This document shows positions 49,516 to 59,664 of a DNA stretch of 64,000 nucleotides, piece by piece. Both the position numbers and the translations under genes were made by a program. The stretch comes from an uncultured Bacteroidaceae bacterium (GTDB taxonomy: Bacteria; Bacteroidota; Bacteroidia; Bacteroidales; GCA-2748055): contig CAYRTD010000001.1 of assembly GCA_964426915.1 (NCBI GenBank), positions 713 to 64,712 on the forward strand, in the 5' to 3' direction. Under the pieces are notes generated by a model that worked only from the letters and a program-made list of their open reading frames with translations, had not been told where the DNA came from and ran no database searches. Position 1 is the first letter of the stretch. Each line of letters begins with the position of its first letter.

Positions 49516-51633
49516 TTACAATAACCCTCGTTTTTTCAGCAAGGCTGTCTCATCCGGTTCTTTCCCCCTGAAATCTTTATAAAGTTTCATCGGATCTTCT
49601 GTTCCACCTTTGGAGAGGATGTTGTCTCTGAAGGAAGCAGCCGTTTCAGGATCATAAAGATCACCTGCTTCTTTAAAGGCATTAAAGGCATCGGAATCAA
49701 GAACTTCAGCCCAGATGTAAGCATAATAGCCTGCAGAATATCCTCCTGCGAAAACATGGCTGAAATAGGTGGATCTGTAGCGCACAATTATTTCTTCAAT
49801 CAGTCCAATAGCGTTAAGTGATTCTTCTTCGAAATCCAAAACATCAATTTCTGCATTTTCCGGAGAGAGTGTATGGTAATCGAGATCGAGGAAGGAAGCT
49901 GCCATGTATTCTGTAGTGGTAAATCCCTGGTTGAAATTACTGCTGGCTTTAATTTTTTCTATAAGATCTTCCGGTATCACTTCACCAGTCTCATAATGGG
50001 TAGCATAGGTTTTCAGGATTTGCGGCTCCAGTGCCCAGTTTTCCATGATTTGCGAAGGTAGTTCAACAAAATCACGGCTGACGGAAGTTCCGGAAAGACC
50101 GGGATAGGTAACGTTTGATAATAATCCATGAAGTGCATGGCCGAATTCATGGAAGGTGGTGAGGACTTCATCTGTAGTGATCAACGCTGGTTTATCACCG
50201 CTCGGTTTTGTGAAATTAAAATTAGTGGTAACTATCGGACGTATATCTTCTCCATCAACGACCTTTTGTCCCCGGTATTCACTCATCCATGCTCCTGCAC
50301 GTTTGCTTTCTCTGGGGAAGAAATCCATATATAAAATGCCAATATGGCCACCATCAGAATCTTTTACTTCGAAAACTTCAACATCTTCATGGTATTTCGG
50401 TATATCGGTTCTTTCTTCAAACTCAAGTCCGAAAAGCCCGGTTGCCAGATTAAATACTCCGTCTCTGACATTGTTAAGCTCAAAGTACTGACTTACGGTT
50501 TCTTCGTCAAGATCATATTTTTCTTTCCTGAGTTTTTCCGAATAATATCTCCAGTCCCAATGCTCAAGGTTAAAATCATTTCCTTCCTCGTTGATAAGTT
50601 TTTGCAGTTCCTCCGCTTCCTTTTTGGCCATCTCCAACCCGGGTTCCCAAATGTTATTAAGGAATGAATAAACCTTAGAGGGTGTTTTTGCCATGTTCTC
50701 CTCCAGAATATAATGAGCATGAGTTTCATAACCTAATAGTTTTGCCCGGTCTGCCCTGAGCTTTACCATTTTACTTATTATTTCTTTGTTGTCGTACTCA
50801 TTATTGTTATTGCCAAGATTGATATATGCATTATGAAGTTCCTTTCTAAGCTCCCGGTTATCAGCATACGTAAGGAAAGGAAGCATACTGGGTTTCTGTA
50901 CCGTAAAAACCCACTTGCCATTTTCTCCTTTTTCCCTTGCGAAATCTGAAGCAGCTTCAATTACACTTTCGGGAAGTCCAGCAAGGTCGGATTCATCATC
51001 GATAACCAGGGTGTAATTATTCGTTTCTGCGAGAACGTTTTGTCCGAATTTTAATGATAACAGGGAAAGCTCTTCATTGATTGCGCGCATTTTTTCTTTA
51101 TCATCAGCGGAAAGATTAGCTCCGCCTCGAACAAAATATTTGTATGTTTCTTTAAGTAACATTTCCTGTTCCTTATTCAGATCCAGTTCATCTCTTTTGT
51201 CGTAAACGGATTTAACCCTTTCAAAAAGCTTGATGTTCATCCTTATGGCATCCTGGTGAGCCGACACCTCCGGTGCCAGTTCCCGGGCTATTTCCTGCAT
51301 TTCCGGTCCCGTAAGGGAACTGTTAAGGTTGTAAAAGACAGCCTGAACCCTGTTTAGTGCAGAGCCGGCATATTCCAGGGCCTCAATAGTATTTTCAAAT
51401 GTGGGTTCTTTTTTGTTGATTACAATTTCTTCTATCTCTTTATTGTGAAGTTTTATTCCTTCTTTTATTGCAGGAGTAAAATGTTCCATTTCGATCTGAT
51501 CGAAGGGTGGCACCCCGAAAGGCGTATCAAATTCAGTCAGTAAAGGATTTTTCATATCTGTATTTTTTTCCCGGGTATCACACGATGCCAGAATGATCAT
51601 AAGCATAAGTATAAAAACGATTGTAGTTCTCAC
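49516..51633 (-). CDS. dcp: M3-family peptidyl-dipeptidase
   Basis: A 705-aa protein with the zinc motif 'TFHEFGHALHGLL' and a lipoprotein-like N-terminus. The start is a GTG in the track. Confidence 0.9.
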   Translation of the reverse strand: MRTTIVFILMLMIILASCDTREKNTDMKNPLLTEFDTPFGVPPFDQIEMEHFTPAIKEGIKLHNKEIEEIVINKKEPTFENTIEALEYAGSALNRVQAVFYNLNSSLTGPEMQEIARELAPEVSAHQDAIRMNIKLFERVKSVYDKRDELDLNKEQEMLLKETYKYFVRGGANLSADDKEKMRAINEELSLLSLKFGQNVLAETNNYTLVIDDESDLAGLPESVIEAASDFAREKGENGKWVFTVQKPSMLPFLTYADNRELRKELHNAYINLGNNNNEYDNKEIISKMVKLRADRAKLLGYETHAHYILEENMAKTPSKVYSFLNNIWEPGLEMAKKEAEELQKLINEEGNDFNLEHWDWRYYSEKLRKEKYDLDEETVSQYFELNNVRDGVFNLATGLFGLEFEERTDIPKYHEDVEVFEVKDSDGGHIGILYMDFFPRESKRAGAWMSEYRGQKVVDGEDIRPIVTTNFNFTKPSGDKPALITTDEVLTTFHEFGHALHGLLSNVTYPGLSGTSVSRDFVELPSQIMENWALEPQILKTYATHYETGEVIPEDLIEKIKASSNFNQGFTTTEYMAASFLDLDYHTLSPENAEIDVLDFEEESLNAIGLIEEIIVRYRSTYFSHVFAGGYSAGYYAYIWAEVLDSDAFNAFKEAGDLYDPETAASFRDNILSKGGTEDPMKLYKDFRGKEPDETALLKKRGLL

Positions 51634-51779
51634 TTGTTTAAATTTTAATTAATAATCTGATTATTTCTGCGAAAGTAATAAAACCCGATGAGAATGGATA
51701 TGTTTAAAAAAATGTTTTGGATAAAGGAATATTTCTAAACATATAGTCGATTCCTACTGAAAAGACTCTCCATCACCAT

Positions 51780-53021
51780 TTATCTTTTCCCGGATCCTGC
51801 TGCTGCAGAAGAGACGATTTCCAGGATTACCCGGACAGCTTTTTCCATGCTTTCCAGACTAATGTATTCATATTTTCCATGGAAGTTATGTCCACCGGTA
51901 AACAGGTTAGGGCAGGGGAGCCCCATGAAGGATAAACGTGATCCGTCGGTGCCTCCTCTTATGGGTTTTTTTATGGGTTTAATGCCCTGCCTGATCATTG
52001 CTTTTTCTGCCAGCTCCACAATGTGGTAAACCGGTTCAATCTTTGATTTCATATTGTAATATTGATCTCTGATTGTTAGATGAACAGGATCATGAATGAA
52101 TTTTTTGTTTGTTTTTGACGCCAGCTCCCGCATAAATTTTTTGCGAGACTCAAAATTAGAGTGACTATGATCACGTATCAGGTATCTTAACTCACTTTCT
52201 TCAACACTTCCCCTGGAATCGATCAAATGAAAAAAACCTTCGTATCCTTCAGTAGTCTCTGGTCTTTCTTTTTGAGGTATCTGATTATGAAAATCCATTG
52301 CAATATGTTGTGAATTAATCATTTTTCCTTTCGCATTCCCCGGGTGAATATTCCTTCCGGTTATTTTTACAACCGCAAGTGCAGCGTTAAAATTTTCATA
52401 TTCCAGCTCCCCCGTTTCACCTCCATCAAGAGTATAGGCATAATCGGCATTAAACTTTTGAACATCAAAATGATCAGCTCCCCTGCCAATTTCTTCATCG
52501 GGGGTGAAGCCAATTCTGATATCCCCGTGTTTTATTTCCTGGTGCGTAACGAGGTATTCCATTGCGGTAATAATCTCAGCAATACCTGCCTTATCATCTG
52601 CCCCAAGGAGAGTGGTCCCGTCGGTGGTAATCAGTGTATGTCCCTTATAATTTAGCAATTCCGGGAAAGTGGAGGGAGAAAGAATAATTTTTTTTTCATC
52701 GTTCAGCACCAGATCCCTCCCATCATAATTTTCGAATATCCTTGGTTTTACGTCTTTTCCTGACATGTCGGGACTCGTATCCATATGAGCAATAAAACCG
52801 ATTGTGCTTGTTTCTCTTTTCATATTCGAGGGAAGGCTAGCCATCACATATCCTTTGTCATCAAGAGAGACATTGGAAAGTCCGATAAATTTTAGTTCTT
52901 CCGCAAGGGAATGAGCAAATAGCCTTTGACTGCCCGTACTGGGAATACTGTCTGAAAACTCATCCGATTGTGTATCGGTTTTCAGATATTTTAAAAACCT
53001 GTGTAAAAGTTTATCTTTCAT
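51780..53021 (-). CDS. pepT: Peptidase T (tripeptide aminopeptidase, M20B)
   Basis: A 413-aa protein with 'LLHRFLKYLKTDTQSDE', 'IAHMDTSPD' and 'GADDKAGIAEI'. Confidence 0.94.
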   Translation of the reverse strand: MKDKLLHRFLKYLKTDTQSDEFSDSIPSTGSQRLFAHSLAEELKFIGLSNVSLDDKGYVMASLPSNMKRETSTIGFIAHMDTSPDMSGKDVKPRIFENYDGRDLVLNDEKKIILSPSTFPELLNYKGHTLITTDGTTLLGADDKAGIAEIITAMEYLVTHQEIKHGDIRIGFTPDEEIGRGADHFDVQKFNADYAYTLDGGETGELEYENFNAALAVVKITGRNIHPGNAKGKMINSQHIAMDFHNQIPQKERPETTEGYEGFFHLIDSRGSVEESELRYLIRDHSHSNFESRKKFMRELASKTNKKFIHDPVHLTIRDQYYNMKSKIEPVYHIVELAEKAMIRQGIKPIKKPIRGGTDGSRLSFMGLPCPNLFTGGHNFHGKYEYISLESMEKAVRVILEIVSSAAAGSGKR

Positions 53022-53240
53022 AATATTACTTTAATTATAACTATCATAACTTTATTACGTTAATAAAAACAAAAATACTTCCTCCTGGATAGATTTCAAA
53101 GGTCAGGTTGTTTTTCATAAAGAAAATTAACTGTACAGATTGGTTTTTTTCTCTTTTCAGGAAAGTAGAAGAATTGAGTTTTCATCTTTTCTGGGAGATG
53201 TTATTTTATTAAATATGACAGGGCAAAAAGCCATTTAAAA

Positions 53241-54605
53241 ATGAAAATCTGGGAAAAATATAATGAATTTGTACGAAATCTGATTCTGCAAAATAAATCA
53301 GAACGTGGGTTAAGTCTTGAGTATTGGCGTAATAGGTTGTTTTACAATACCTTGTTGATATTCTTCCCCATTAGTGTACTGGCCTATATTCCAGCGATGA
53401 TCGTTAGCATAAAAACTCAGCTCTGGTCCGTAGCGGTTATTGATACTGTCGCTTTTTTTTCCCTTTTGACTGTAATTCTAAACAGGAATATCACCTTAAG
53501 ATTCAAAAAGAATTTTTTTATATATGTATTGTATTTTCTGGCTCTCGGACTACTGATTTTCATGGGGAATTATGGTCCGGGAATGTTGTATCTGCTTGCT
53601 GTATCCATATTTTCCCTGCTAATATTGGGTAGGAAAGCGGGGATGTTTACTTTTTTCCTGAATACTTTTGTTTACCTCCTGATCATTCTGGTTTCCTTTA
53701 GCGAAGTATTGCCCTATAATTATTTTGGAGATTATAAACCGGTTACATGGACTGTGGTGGGTATAAACCTTGTATTATTGAACATTGGACTTATATATGC
53801 CGTGAATGAATTGATCGCCGGCTTGTCGAATAAAATAGAAAAACAGAAAATCCTTGAATCAAGGCTAAATGATGATAAGAAAAAACTCGAAAATGCATTA
53901 ATCAAGGCAGAAGAATCAGATAAACTGAAATCTGCTTTCCTGGCTAATCTGAGCCATGAGATCCGTACGCCGATGAATGGGATTACCGGATTTGCGGAAC
54001 TCCTGAAGCCTGAACAGTCAAATAAGAAAAAAGAGAAGTATATTGAGATCATTCAGAACAGCAGTGAACTTTTATTGACAATAATTGATGATGTGGTTGA
54101 GCTGGCCAGGCTGGATGCCAATGTCATTTCCCTAAGCGAATCTGCTTTTAGCATTTCTTCTCTGATGGATCAGTTTTATATCACCTTTAATATCAAAACA
54201 AAGCCGGGTCTTAAGTTTGTTAAGCTGAATTCTGTGCCTGATGAATATGACAAGGTATTGGGGGACAGGGGAAAGATAAGTCAGGTCTTAAATAATTTAC
54301 TTAGCAATGCCTTCAAATATACAAAGGAGGGCACGGTAAGAGTTAATTCAGATTACGATCCGGTGCAAAGACGTTATAGTTTTGAAGTAAAAGATACCGG
54401 AAATGGGATTTCTCCTGAAAATCAGGAAAAAATTTTCCATCGCTTTTTTCAGGAGTCATCACAGAGTCAGGGGATCGGTCTGGGACTTTCGATTTCCGAA
54501 TCTCTTACAGAGCTTATGAACGGAAAGTTAAGACTGGAATCTTTACCCGGAAAGGGAAGCACGTTCATATTGGAAATTCCTCTGACTCCGCTTAATCAGA
54601 AATAA
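53241..54605 (+). CDS. Membrane sensor histidine kinase (HisKA + HATPase_c)
   Basis: It has about 6 N-terminal TM helices, the H-box 'LANLSHEIRTPMNGITGF' and the G-box 'GIGLGLSISESL'. Confidence 0.88.
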   Translation: MKIWEKYNEFVRNLILQNKSERGLSLEYWRNRLFYNTLLIFFPISVLAYIPAMIVSIKTQLWSVAVIDTVAFFSLLTVILNRNITLRFKKNFFIYVLYFLALGLLIFMGNYGPGMLYLLAVSIFSLLILGRKAGMFTFFLNTFVYLLIILVSFSEVLPYNYFGDYKPVTWTVVGINLVLLNIGLIYAVNELIAGLSNKIEKQKILESRLNDDKKKLENALIKAEESDKLKSAFLANLSHEIRTPMNGITGFAELLKPEQSNKKKEKYIEIIQNSSELLLTIIDDVVELARLDANVISLSESAFSISSLMDQFYITFNIKTKPGLKFVKLNSVPDEYDKVLGDRGKISQVLNNLLSNAFKYTKEGTVRVNSDYDPVQRRYSFEVKDTGNGISPENQEKIFHRFFQESSQSQGIGLGLSISESLTELMNGKLRLESLPGKGSTFILEIPLTPLNQK

Positions 54606-54612
54606 TGTATCA

Positions 54613-55584
54613 TCAGAAAATTATTCGTGCCACAATAATTCCTGTCATCAGATTATTATTATTAACCTGGGTGTGCAGACTTTCATCGGAAATGATAACC
54701 TTTCCTGAAACTGAAGAGGCATGAATCAGATGGATGGTTCCTTCAATCTTTATGGCAATACCGGTATGCATGATATCCAAAACCTCTATTGATGTGGTTA
54801 TGGCGATTAGATCGCCGGATTTTATTTCCCTACCGGCAAGACTGATTTGTACTTCAGGGATATAATATAAATCTCTTTTGTTTATGTTCACTTCCTGTTT
54901 TTTTATCTCTTTGGCGAAATCTGGATCACTTAATTTTTCATAGCTACCGGTGTGTTCGCTCATGAAATTTATTTCTTTATCCATTAGCAGATCAATAGCC
55001 GGGAATCTGATTATTTCGATTAGATATTTCCTGGCATTTTCATATAACCAGTCGCTGAAATAATGAAGACGGGAGGGAAACCGGTTGATCTTTCCCTCGC
55101 GATATCTTAACAAAGTCAAGCGGTCCAGATATTCATCGAAAGAAAAGTTTTTGCCTGCAATAATTTGGGAAATAGCGATCACATTCTCAACGTAGGTAGT
55201 GCAGTCAAGGCTCCTGAGATTAACGACCAGAACTTCTTCATCTTTATTTTCGAGAGTTCCGGCCTTATATTCAGTACCCAGAAAAAAAGTAGCAACATTC
55301 AAAATAAGTTGTTCTTTCGATAAGGTATCCCAACGTGATTCTTTTGCGGTTTCCATTATCTGCTCAAAAATGATAGAATCCTCATGAGTATAGATGCAAA
55401 CCGGATTATCAGTATTATTCTCATTTATTCCTCCACTGTTATTTTTGGGATAAGATGAATGTAGAGGAGAACCCTGAGTAATCCCAGAATAAACACAAAT
55501 GAATATGAAAAGGAATCCGGTTAGGAGCAGATGAGTCCTTAAGACGGGTTTTGAAGTTATAATATTCCTCATAAGCATATTCAA
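54613..55584 (-). CDS. DUF1460 / N-acetylmuramoyl-L-alanine amidase-like domain protein
   Basis: It has 'FFLGTEYKAGTLE...LVVNLRSLDCTTYVENVIAIS', as I recall for DUF1460. This is not verified. Confidence 0.6.
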   Translation of the reverse strand: MNMLMRNIITSKPVLRTHLLLTGFLFIFICVYSGITQGSPLHSSYPKNNSGGINENNTDNPVCIYTHEDSIIFEQIMETAKESRWDTLSKEQLILNVATFFLGTEYKAGTLENKDEEVLVVNLRSLDCTTYVENVIAISQIIAGKNFSFDEYLDRLTLLRYREGKINRFPSRLHYFSDWLYENARKYLIEIIRFPAIDLLMDKEINFMSEHTGSYEKLSDPDFAKEIKKQEVNINKRDLYYIPEVQISLAGREIKSGDLIAITTSIEVLDIMHTGIAIKIEGTIHLIHASSVSGKVIISDESLHTQVNNNNLMTGIIVARIIF

Positions 55585-55703
55585 AATTATTAAATTATCT
55601 CTGTTTTATACAGTGTATTTGGCGAAAATACAATAATTTTGAATAGCACAGGTAGGTTTATCAGATTTTGAAATCCACATTATGACTACTAAATACTGTT
55701 ACC

Positions 55704-55919
55704 ATGAAAAGAAGACTTGACGAAGAGATACTGGAAACAATGAGGAAGAATCCGGATAATTGGAGGGGAGTATTCTATGTTAACTCAAAAGATCCTCGTT
55801 TGATTGTTCCAAAGCTGGATCCAGGGCTGGGATGGACGTTTAATTTTGGAAGCCCCTATGCCTGGGTAACCATGCTTTTGATTCTGCTGATCGTTATTCT
55901 TTCAAAGTTTTTTCTATAG
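55704..55919 (+). CDS. Small membrane-anchored protein (DUF5808-like)
   Basis: 'NPDNWRGVFYVNSKDPRLIVPKLDPGLGWTFNFGSPYAW' is followed by one TM helix. Confidence 0.5.
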   Translation: MKRRLDEEILETMRKNPDNWRGVFYVNSKDPRLIVPKLDPGLGWTFNFGSPYAWVTMLLILLIVILSKFFL

Positions 55920-56011
55920 TTGATCCTCCACTAAAAGTCCTTGTGACTGTGTTATGCAAAAGGCGGAATTCTTTCATTCACTCCATACCGGTTGAAAAAT
56001 CTTCCACCTTG

Positions 56012-56140
56012 CTTATTTAGAGTCTGTCCATAATGTCCGATATACTCATTCAGGGTTAATTTTCAGCGGCATTCGTGACCGCGTTCGCGTAAAGCTTTAG
56101 CGGTTGCGAAGCTCGTTATCACTCGGTTCTGCGTTGCTGC
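56012..56140. repeat. Intergenic mosaic repeat, copy C, in the leader region of the DEAD-box helicase gene
   Basis: 56012-56028 is identical to 27159-27175. 56022-56043 'gtctgtccataatgtccgatat' is identical to the reverse complement of 27317-27338. The interior 'gtgaccgcgttcgcgtaaagctttagcgg' resembles 27221-27248. The tail resembles copy A. Confidence 0.75.
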
Positions 56141-56462
56141 AAAAATTTTATAAAAAGAATGTTTCCATAAGCACGGTGGGTGGGGAAATACAATTTATTT
56201 TTATTCAACCTAATCAGGGGTTACCAGTGCCATTAAATCGAACATTCTTACTGTAACAAATAAATCTAGTGCGAAACTTCTGTTATTAAGAAACGACTCC
56301 TAATTGAATAGATTATTGATTTTTTTTCAGGAAAATGCCTAATAAGTTACTTTGGTACGGATATTGACGTATCTTTACGCAAATGAATTTACCTACCTTT
56401 ATGCCCTTTTTTATAAGTCTGTCTAAGGGTAATAACAAAACTTTACACATAAATATTTAATA

Positions 56463-57725
56463 ATGCAATTTGAAAAATTAAACATCATTGACCCTATTTT
56501 AAGGGCATTGAAAGAAGAAAACTATTCTGAACCCACAACAATACAAAAAAGAGCTATTCCAATTATCCTTAACAAAAAAGATGTTCTGGGAAGTGCACAG
56601 ACCGGCACAGGGAAAACTGCTGCCTTTGCAATTCCAATCCTGCAGCACTTGTACTCTGCACGCGGGCAAAATAAAGGTTCCCGGAAAACAAAGGCGCTAA
56701 TTATTACTCCCACCCGCGAATTGGCTATCCAGATTGGCGAAAGTTTCACAACTTATGGCAGACACACAGGAATAAAGAACACGGTTATTTTCGGAGGTGT
56801 ATCCCAGGGAGCGCAAACAGCTGCTCTTCGCAGAGGGGTGGATATCCTTGTAGCAACACCTGGCAGACTATTGGACCTGATGAATCAGGGATATGTCAGT
56901 CTTAATGACATAGAATATTTCGTTCTCGATGAAGCCGACCGTATGCTTGACATGGGATTTATTCATGACATCCGGAAAATCATCTCGAAATTACCTGAGA
57001 AAAGACAATCCCTGTTTTTTTCGGCTACCATGCCAAAGAATATTGTAGAACTTTCGGAAAAGATACTCCATAAGCCGGAAAAAGTGGAAATAAATGCAGT
57101 TTCCACTACAGCCGATACAATACAACAGTACCTGTATTATACAAACAAGTCTGATAAGAAGGATTTACTCTTTCATATACTTCAGGACGAAAATATTGAT
57201 CAGGTATTATTGTTTTCCCGGACAAAGCACGGAGCAGATAAAATAGCCAGGAATTTACAAAAAAAGAGGATTACCTCATCTGCCATTCATGGTGATAAAG
57301 CTCAAAACCAGCGTCAGAGATCCCTTGCTCAGTTTAAAGAGGGTGAGATACGCGTGCTTGTGGCAACAGATATTGCCGCAAGAGGCATTGATATTGACCG
57401 GTTGAAATATGTGATCAATTATGATATACCGAATGAAGCCGAAACCTATGTTCACAGAATAGGCAGGTCAGGGAGAGCAGGGGAGAAAGGCACAGCAATA
57501 TCCATATGCGAACCTGAAGAGAATATCTATATAAGAGACATTGAAAAATTAATAAACAAGAAAATAGAATTTGTCAGAGAAAACCCTTTTCCTCAAACGG
57601 AAAAGCCCATGAACGGTCAGGAAAAGAAACAGTTTGAAAAAGAAAAGCAAAAAAGAAAACAGGAATTTTTTGCTTCCAGGAAAAATACTCAGAACAAATC
57701 CTATTCGCCCAGGTATAGCAGATAA
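56463..57725 (+). CDS. DEAD-box ATP-dependent RNA helicase (RhlE-like)
   Basis: It has the Q-motif 'EPTTIQ', 'AQTGTGKTAAF', 'VLDEADRMLD', 'SAT', 'HRIGRSGRAG' and a basic C-terminal tail. Confidence 0.95.
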   Translation: MQFEKLNIIDPILRALKEENYSEPTTIQKRAIPIILNKKDVLGSAQTGTGKTAAFAIPILQHLYSARGQNKGSRKTKALIITPTRELAIQIGESFTTYGRHTGIKNTVIFGGVSQGAQTAALRRGVDILVATPGRLLDLMNQGYVSLNDIEYFVLDEADRMLDMGFIHDIRKIISKLPEKRQSLFFSATMPKNIVELSEKILHKPEKVEINAVSTTADTIQQYLYYTNKSDKKDLLFHILQDENIDQVLLFSRTKHGADKIARNLQKKRITSSAIHGDKAQNQRQRSLAQFKEGEIRVLVATDIAARGIDIDRLKYVINYDIPNEAETYVHRIGRSGRAGEKGTAISICEPEENIYIRDIEKLINKKIEFVRENPFPQTEKPMNGQEKKQFEKEKQKRKQEFFASRKNTQNKSYSPRYSR

Positions 57726-57864
57726 AGAAAGGTCTCATAGTATTTTTAAAAACATGACCCATTCCCGCTACAGGCAAAAAAATATGGAGAAAAGGAACTT
57801 TGAAAAAATTAATTCAGACCGATTCTCCATATTCTTATTATAGGGGCAGAGGGAATTCATTACA

Positions 57865-59301
57865 TCATATACTGAATGTATAAACCACACTTGAACCATT
57901 AGGATAAACACCTTCCATATACACATTACCTGAATAATCTTCAAGCAAATTAACAATATCTATGGGTTGTCTGACAAGTTGATTATTTATGGAAAGGATA
58001 ATGAAACCTTCTTTCACTCCTGATGACTGCAGGGGGCCGGGTCCGATGTCGATTACCTGTACTCCGGCTGTCAGGTTAAGTTTTTCCTGTAAATCTTTTG
58101 GCACCATTTTAAATGTGGCTCCGAGTAAGCTTTCTTCCTGGTTACGGATAAGTTCTCTTTGCTTTTCCATGCTCATTAGCTCTGCAGTTAATTCTCGTGA
58201 CCTTCCGTCTCTCGATATTGTAATTTCAACTCTATCACCGGGATGCAAAGCAGTGATGTGCTTTTGCAATTCTGCTGTATTATCTATATCATTTTCATTG
58301 ATCTTCATGATAACATCACCACTTTTGATTCCGGCCTGATCTGCAGCGCCTCCATCTATAACGCGTTCCACGTATATGCCTTCAATTTCATCCAGTCCTT
58401 CTTCTGATGCAAGTTCTGAATTTACTTCTCTTATACTTATTCCAAGGATACCCCTTCTCACTTCCCCGAATTCCAGAATGTCATCTTTTACTCTTTTTAC
58501 GATAGAAGAGGGTACGGCAAAAGCAGTACCTATATTTGTCTGTGTTGGTGAAAGGATTAGTGTGGGAATGCCTATAAGTTCACCTCTGAGATTTACCAGC
58601 GCTCCACCGCTGTTCCCGACGTTTACTGCCGCATCTGTCTGAAGGAATGATTCAATAGGCATTTCACTTTCACGTAAAACTCCCAGGCTTCGTTCTTTGG
58701 CACTAATAATACCTGCTGTAACCGAGGATGTGAGTCCAAAAGGATTTCCAACTGCCAGTACCCAATCGCCCAAAATAGTTTCTTCTGAATCACCAAGTTC
58801 CAGATAGGGTAAGTTTGTTTCATCAATTTTTAAAAGCGCGATATCTGTATTCTGATCTTTGCCTTGAACTTCAGCGCTATAGCTTCGCTGATCATTTAAG
58901 GTCACCTCAATTTCATCTGCACCCCTTATCACATGAAAATTGGTAACAATATATCCGTCCTGGGAAACAATTACCCCGGAACCGAACCCAACTGCAGGTT
59001 GCGGGTCTTCTTTTCTGTTTTGTTCAGGGCCAAAGAAGAATTCAAAAGGGCTAAGCTTTCTTTCATCTCGTTCACGGGTAGTTTTTACATGTACAACCCC
59101 ATGCACGGTGTGTTGGGCAGCATGTCGAAAATCCAGGTTGTCCGGATCGAAATCAGCCGGTAATTGAGCAGGAACAGCTAAATCCCTTTTGCTGTTCATA
59201 TTATTATTGGAATGATCTTCCATGCCGGAATGGATAAGTACTGCTATTATTCCTCCCGCAAGGGCTGTTAAAAAATAGGTGCCGATGTTTATTAATTTCA
59301 T
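57865..59301 (-). CDS. Do/DegP/HtrA-family periplasmic serine endopeptidase with two PDZ domains
   Basis: It has 'TDIALLKI' and 'GNSGGALVN' catalytic motifs and two PDZ-like segments. Confidence 0.92.
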   Translation of the reverse strand: MKLINIGTYFLTALAGGIIAVLIHSGMEDHSNNNMNSKRDLAVPAQLPADFDPDNLDFRHAAQHTVHGVVHVKTTRERDERKLSPFEFFFGPEQNRKEDPQPAVGFGSGVIVSQDGYIVTNFHVIRGADEIEVTLNDQRSYSAEVQGKDQNTDIALLKIDETNLPYLELGDSEETILGDWVLAVGNPFGLTSSVTAGIISAKERSLGVLRESEMPIESFLQTDAAVNVGNSGGALVNLRGELIGIPTLILSPTQTNIGTAFAVPSSIVKRVKDDILEFGEVRRGILGISIREVNSELASEEGLDEIEGIYVERVIDGGAADQAGIKSGDVIMKINENDIDNTAELQKHITALHPGDRVEITISRDGRSRELTAELMSMEKQRELIRNQEESLLGATFKMVPKDLQEKLNLTAGVQVIDIGPGPLQSSGVKEGFIILSINNQLVRQPIDIVNLLEDYSGNVYMEGVYPNGSSVVYTFSI

Positions 59302-59474
59302 GAGAATTTATTTTATTGATTCGTTTATATTATCTGGTCACTGATATTTCTGAACGATTACTATCAGTGAAATATCCTTTCTTTTAAGCGAAAATCCAGA
59401 TTTCCCATGATCAGATAAGTATATAATCTTATCATGATCCGGTAATTCTGCTTAATAGATTCCTTACTTATATA

Positions 59475-59645
59475 GAGGATGTCTAAAAAGTAATAATCAT
59501 TTTAAAAGAACTTACAATCTGAAAGCATTCCTCTTTCCTGCCCCACCCAAACCCTCCCCCGTGGGTGGGTTTGGGTGGGACAAACAGAGGGATACTTTCA
59601 ATTTGTAAGTATCCCAAAACTAAAAAATACTTTTTAGACACCCTC
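59475..59645. repeat. 171-nt imperfect palindrome (repeat copy E) with a C-rich/G-rich core, between the BON-domain and DegP genes
   Basis: The outer arms are 'gaggatgtctaaaaagta...' and '...tactttttagacaccctc'. The core 'cccacccaaaccc' (59542-59554) pairs with 'gggtttgggtggg' (59567-59579). The left arm 59481-59560 is 77/80 identical to the reverse complement of 60991-61070. Confidence 0.85.
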
Positions 59646-59664
59646 GCATATAATTTAGGGCATA

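Noticed and set aside
57634-57956. ORFs 57634..57843 (plus) and 57768..57956 (minus) between the helicase and DegP genes.
   Set aside because: The first overlaps the helicase 3' end in another frame. The second overlaps the DegP 3' end. Both are Lys- and Phe-rich translations of AT-rich spacer.
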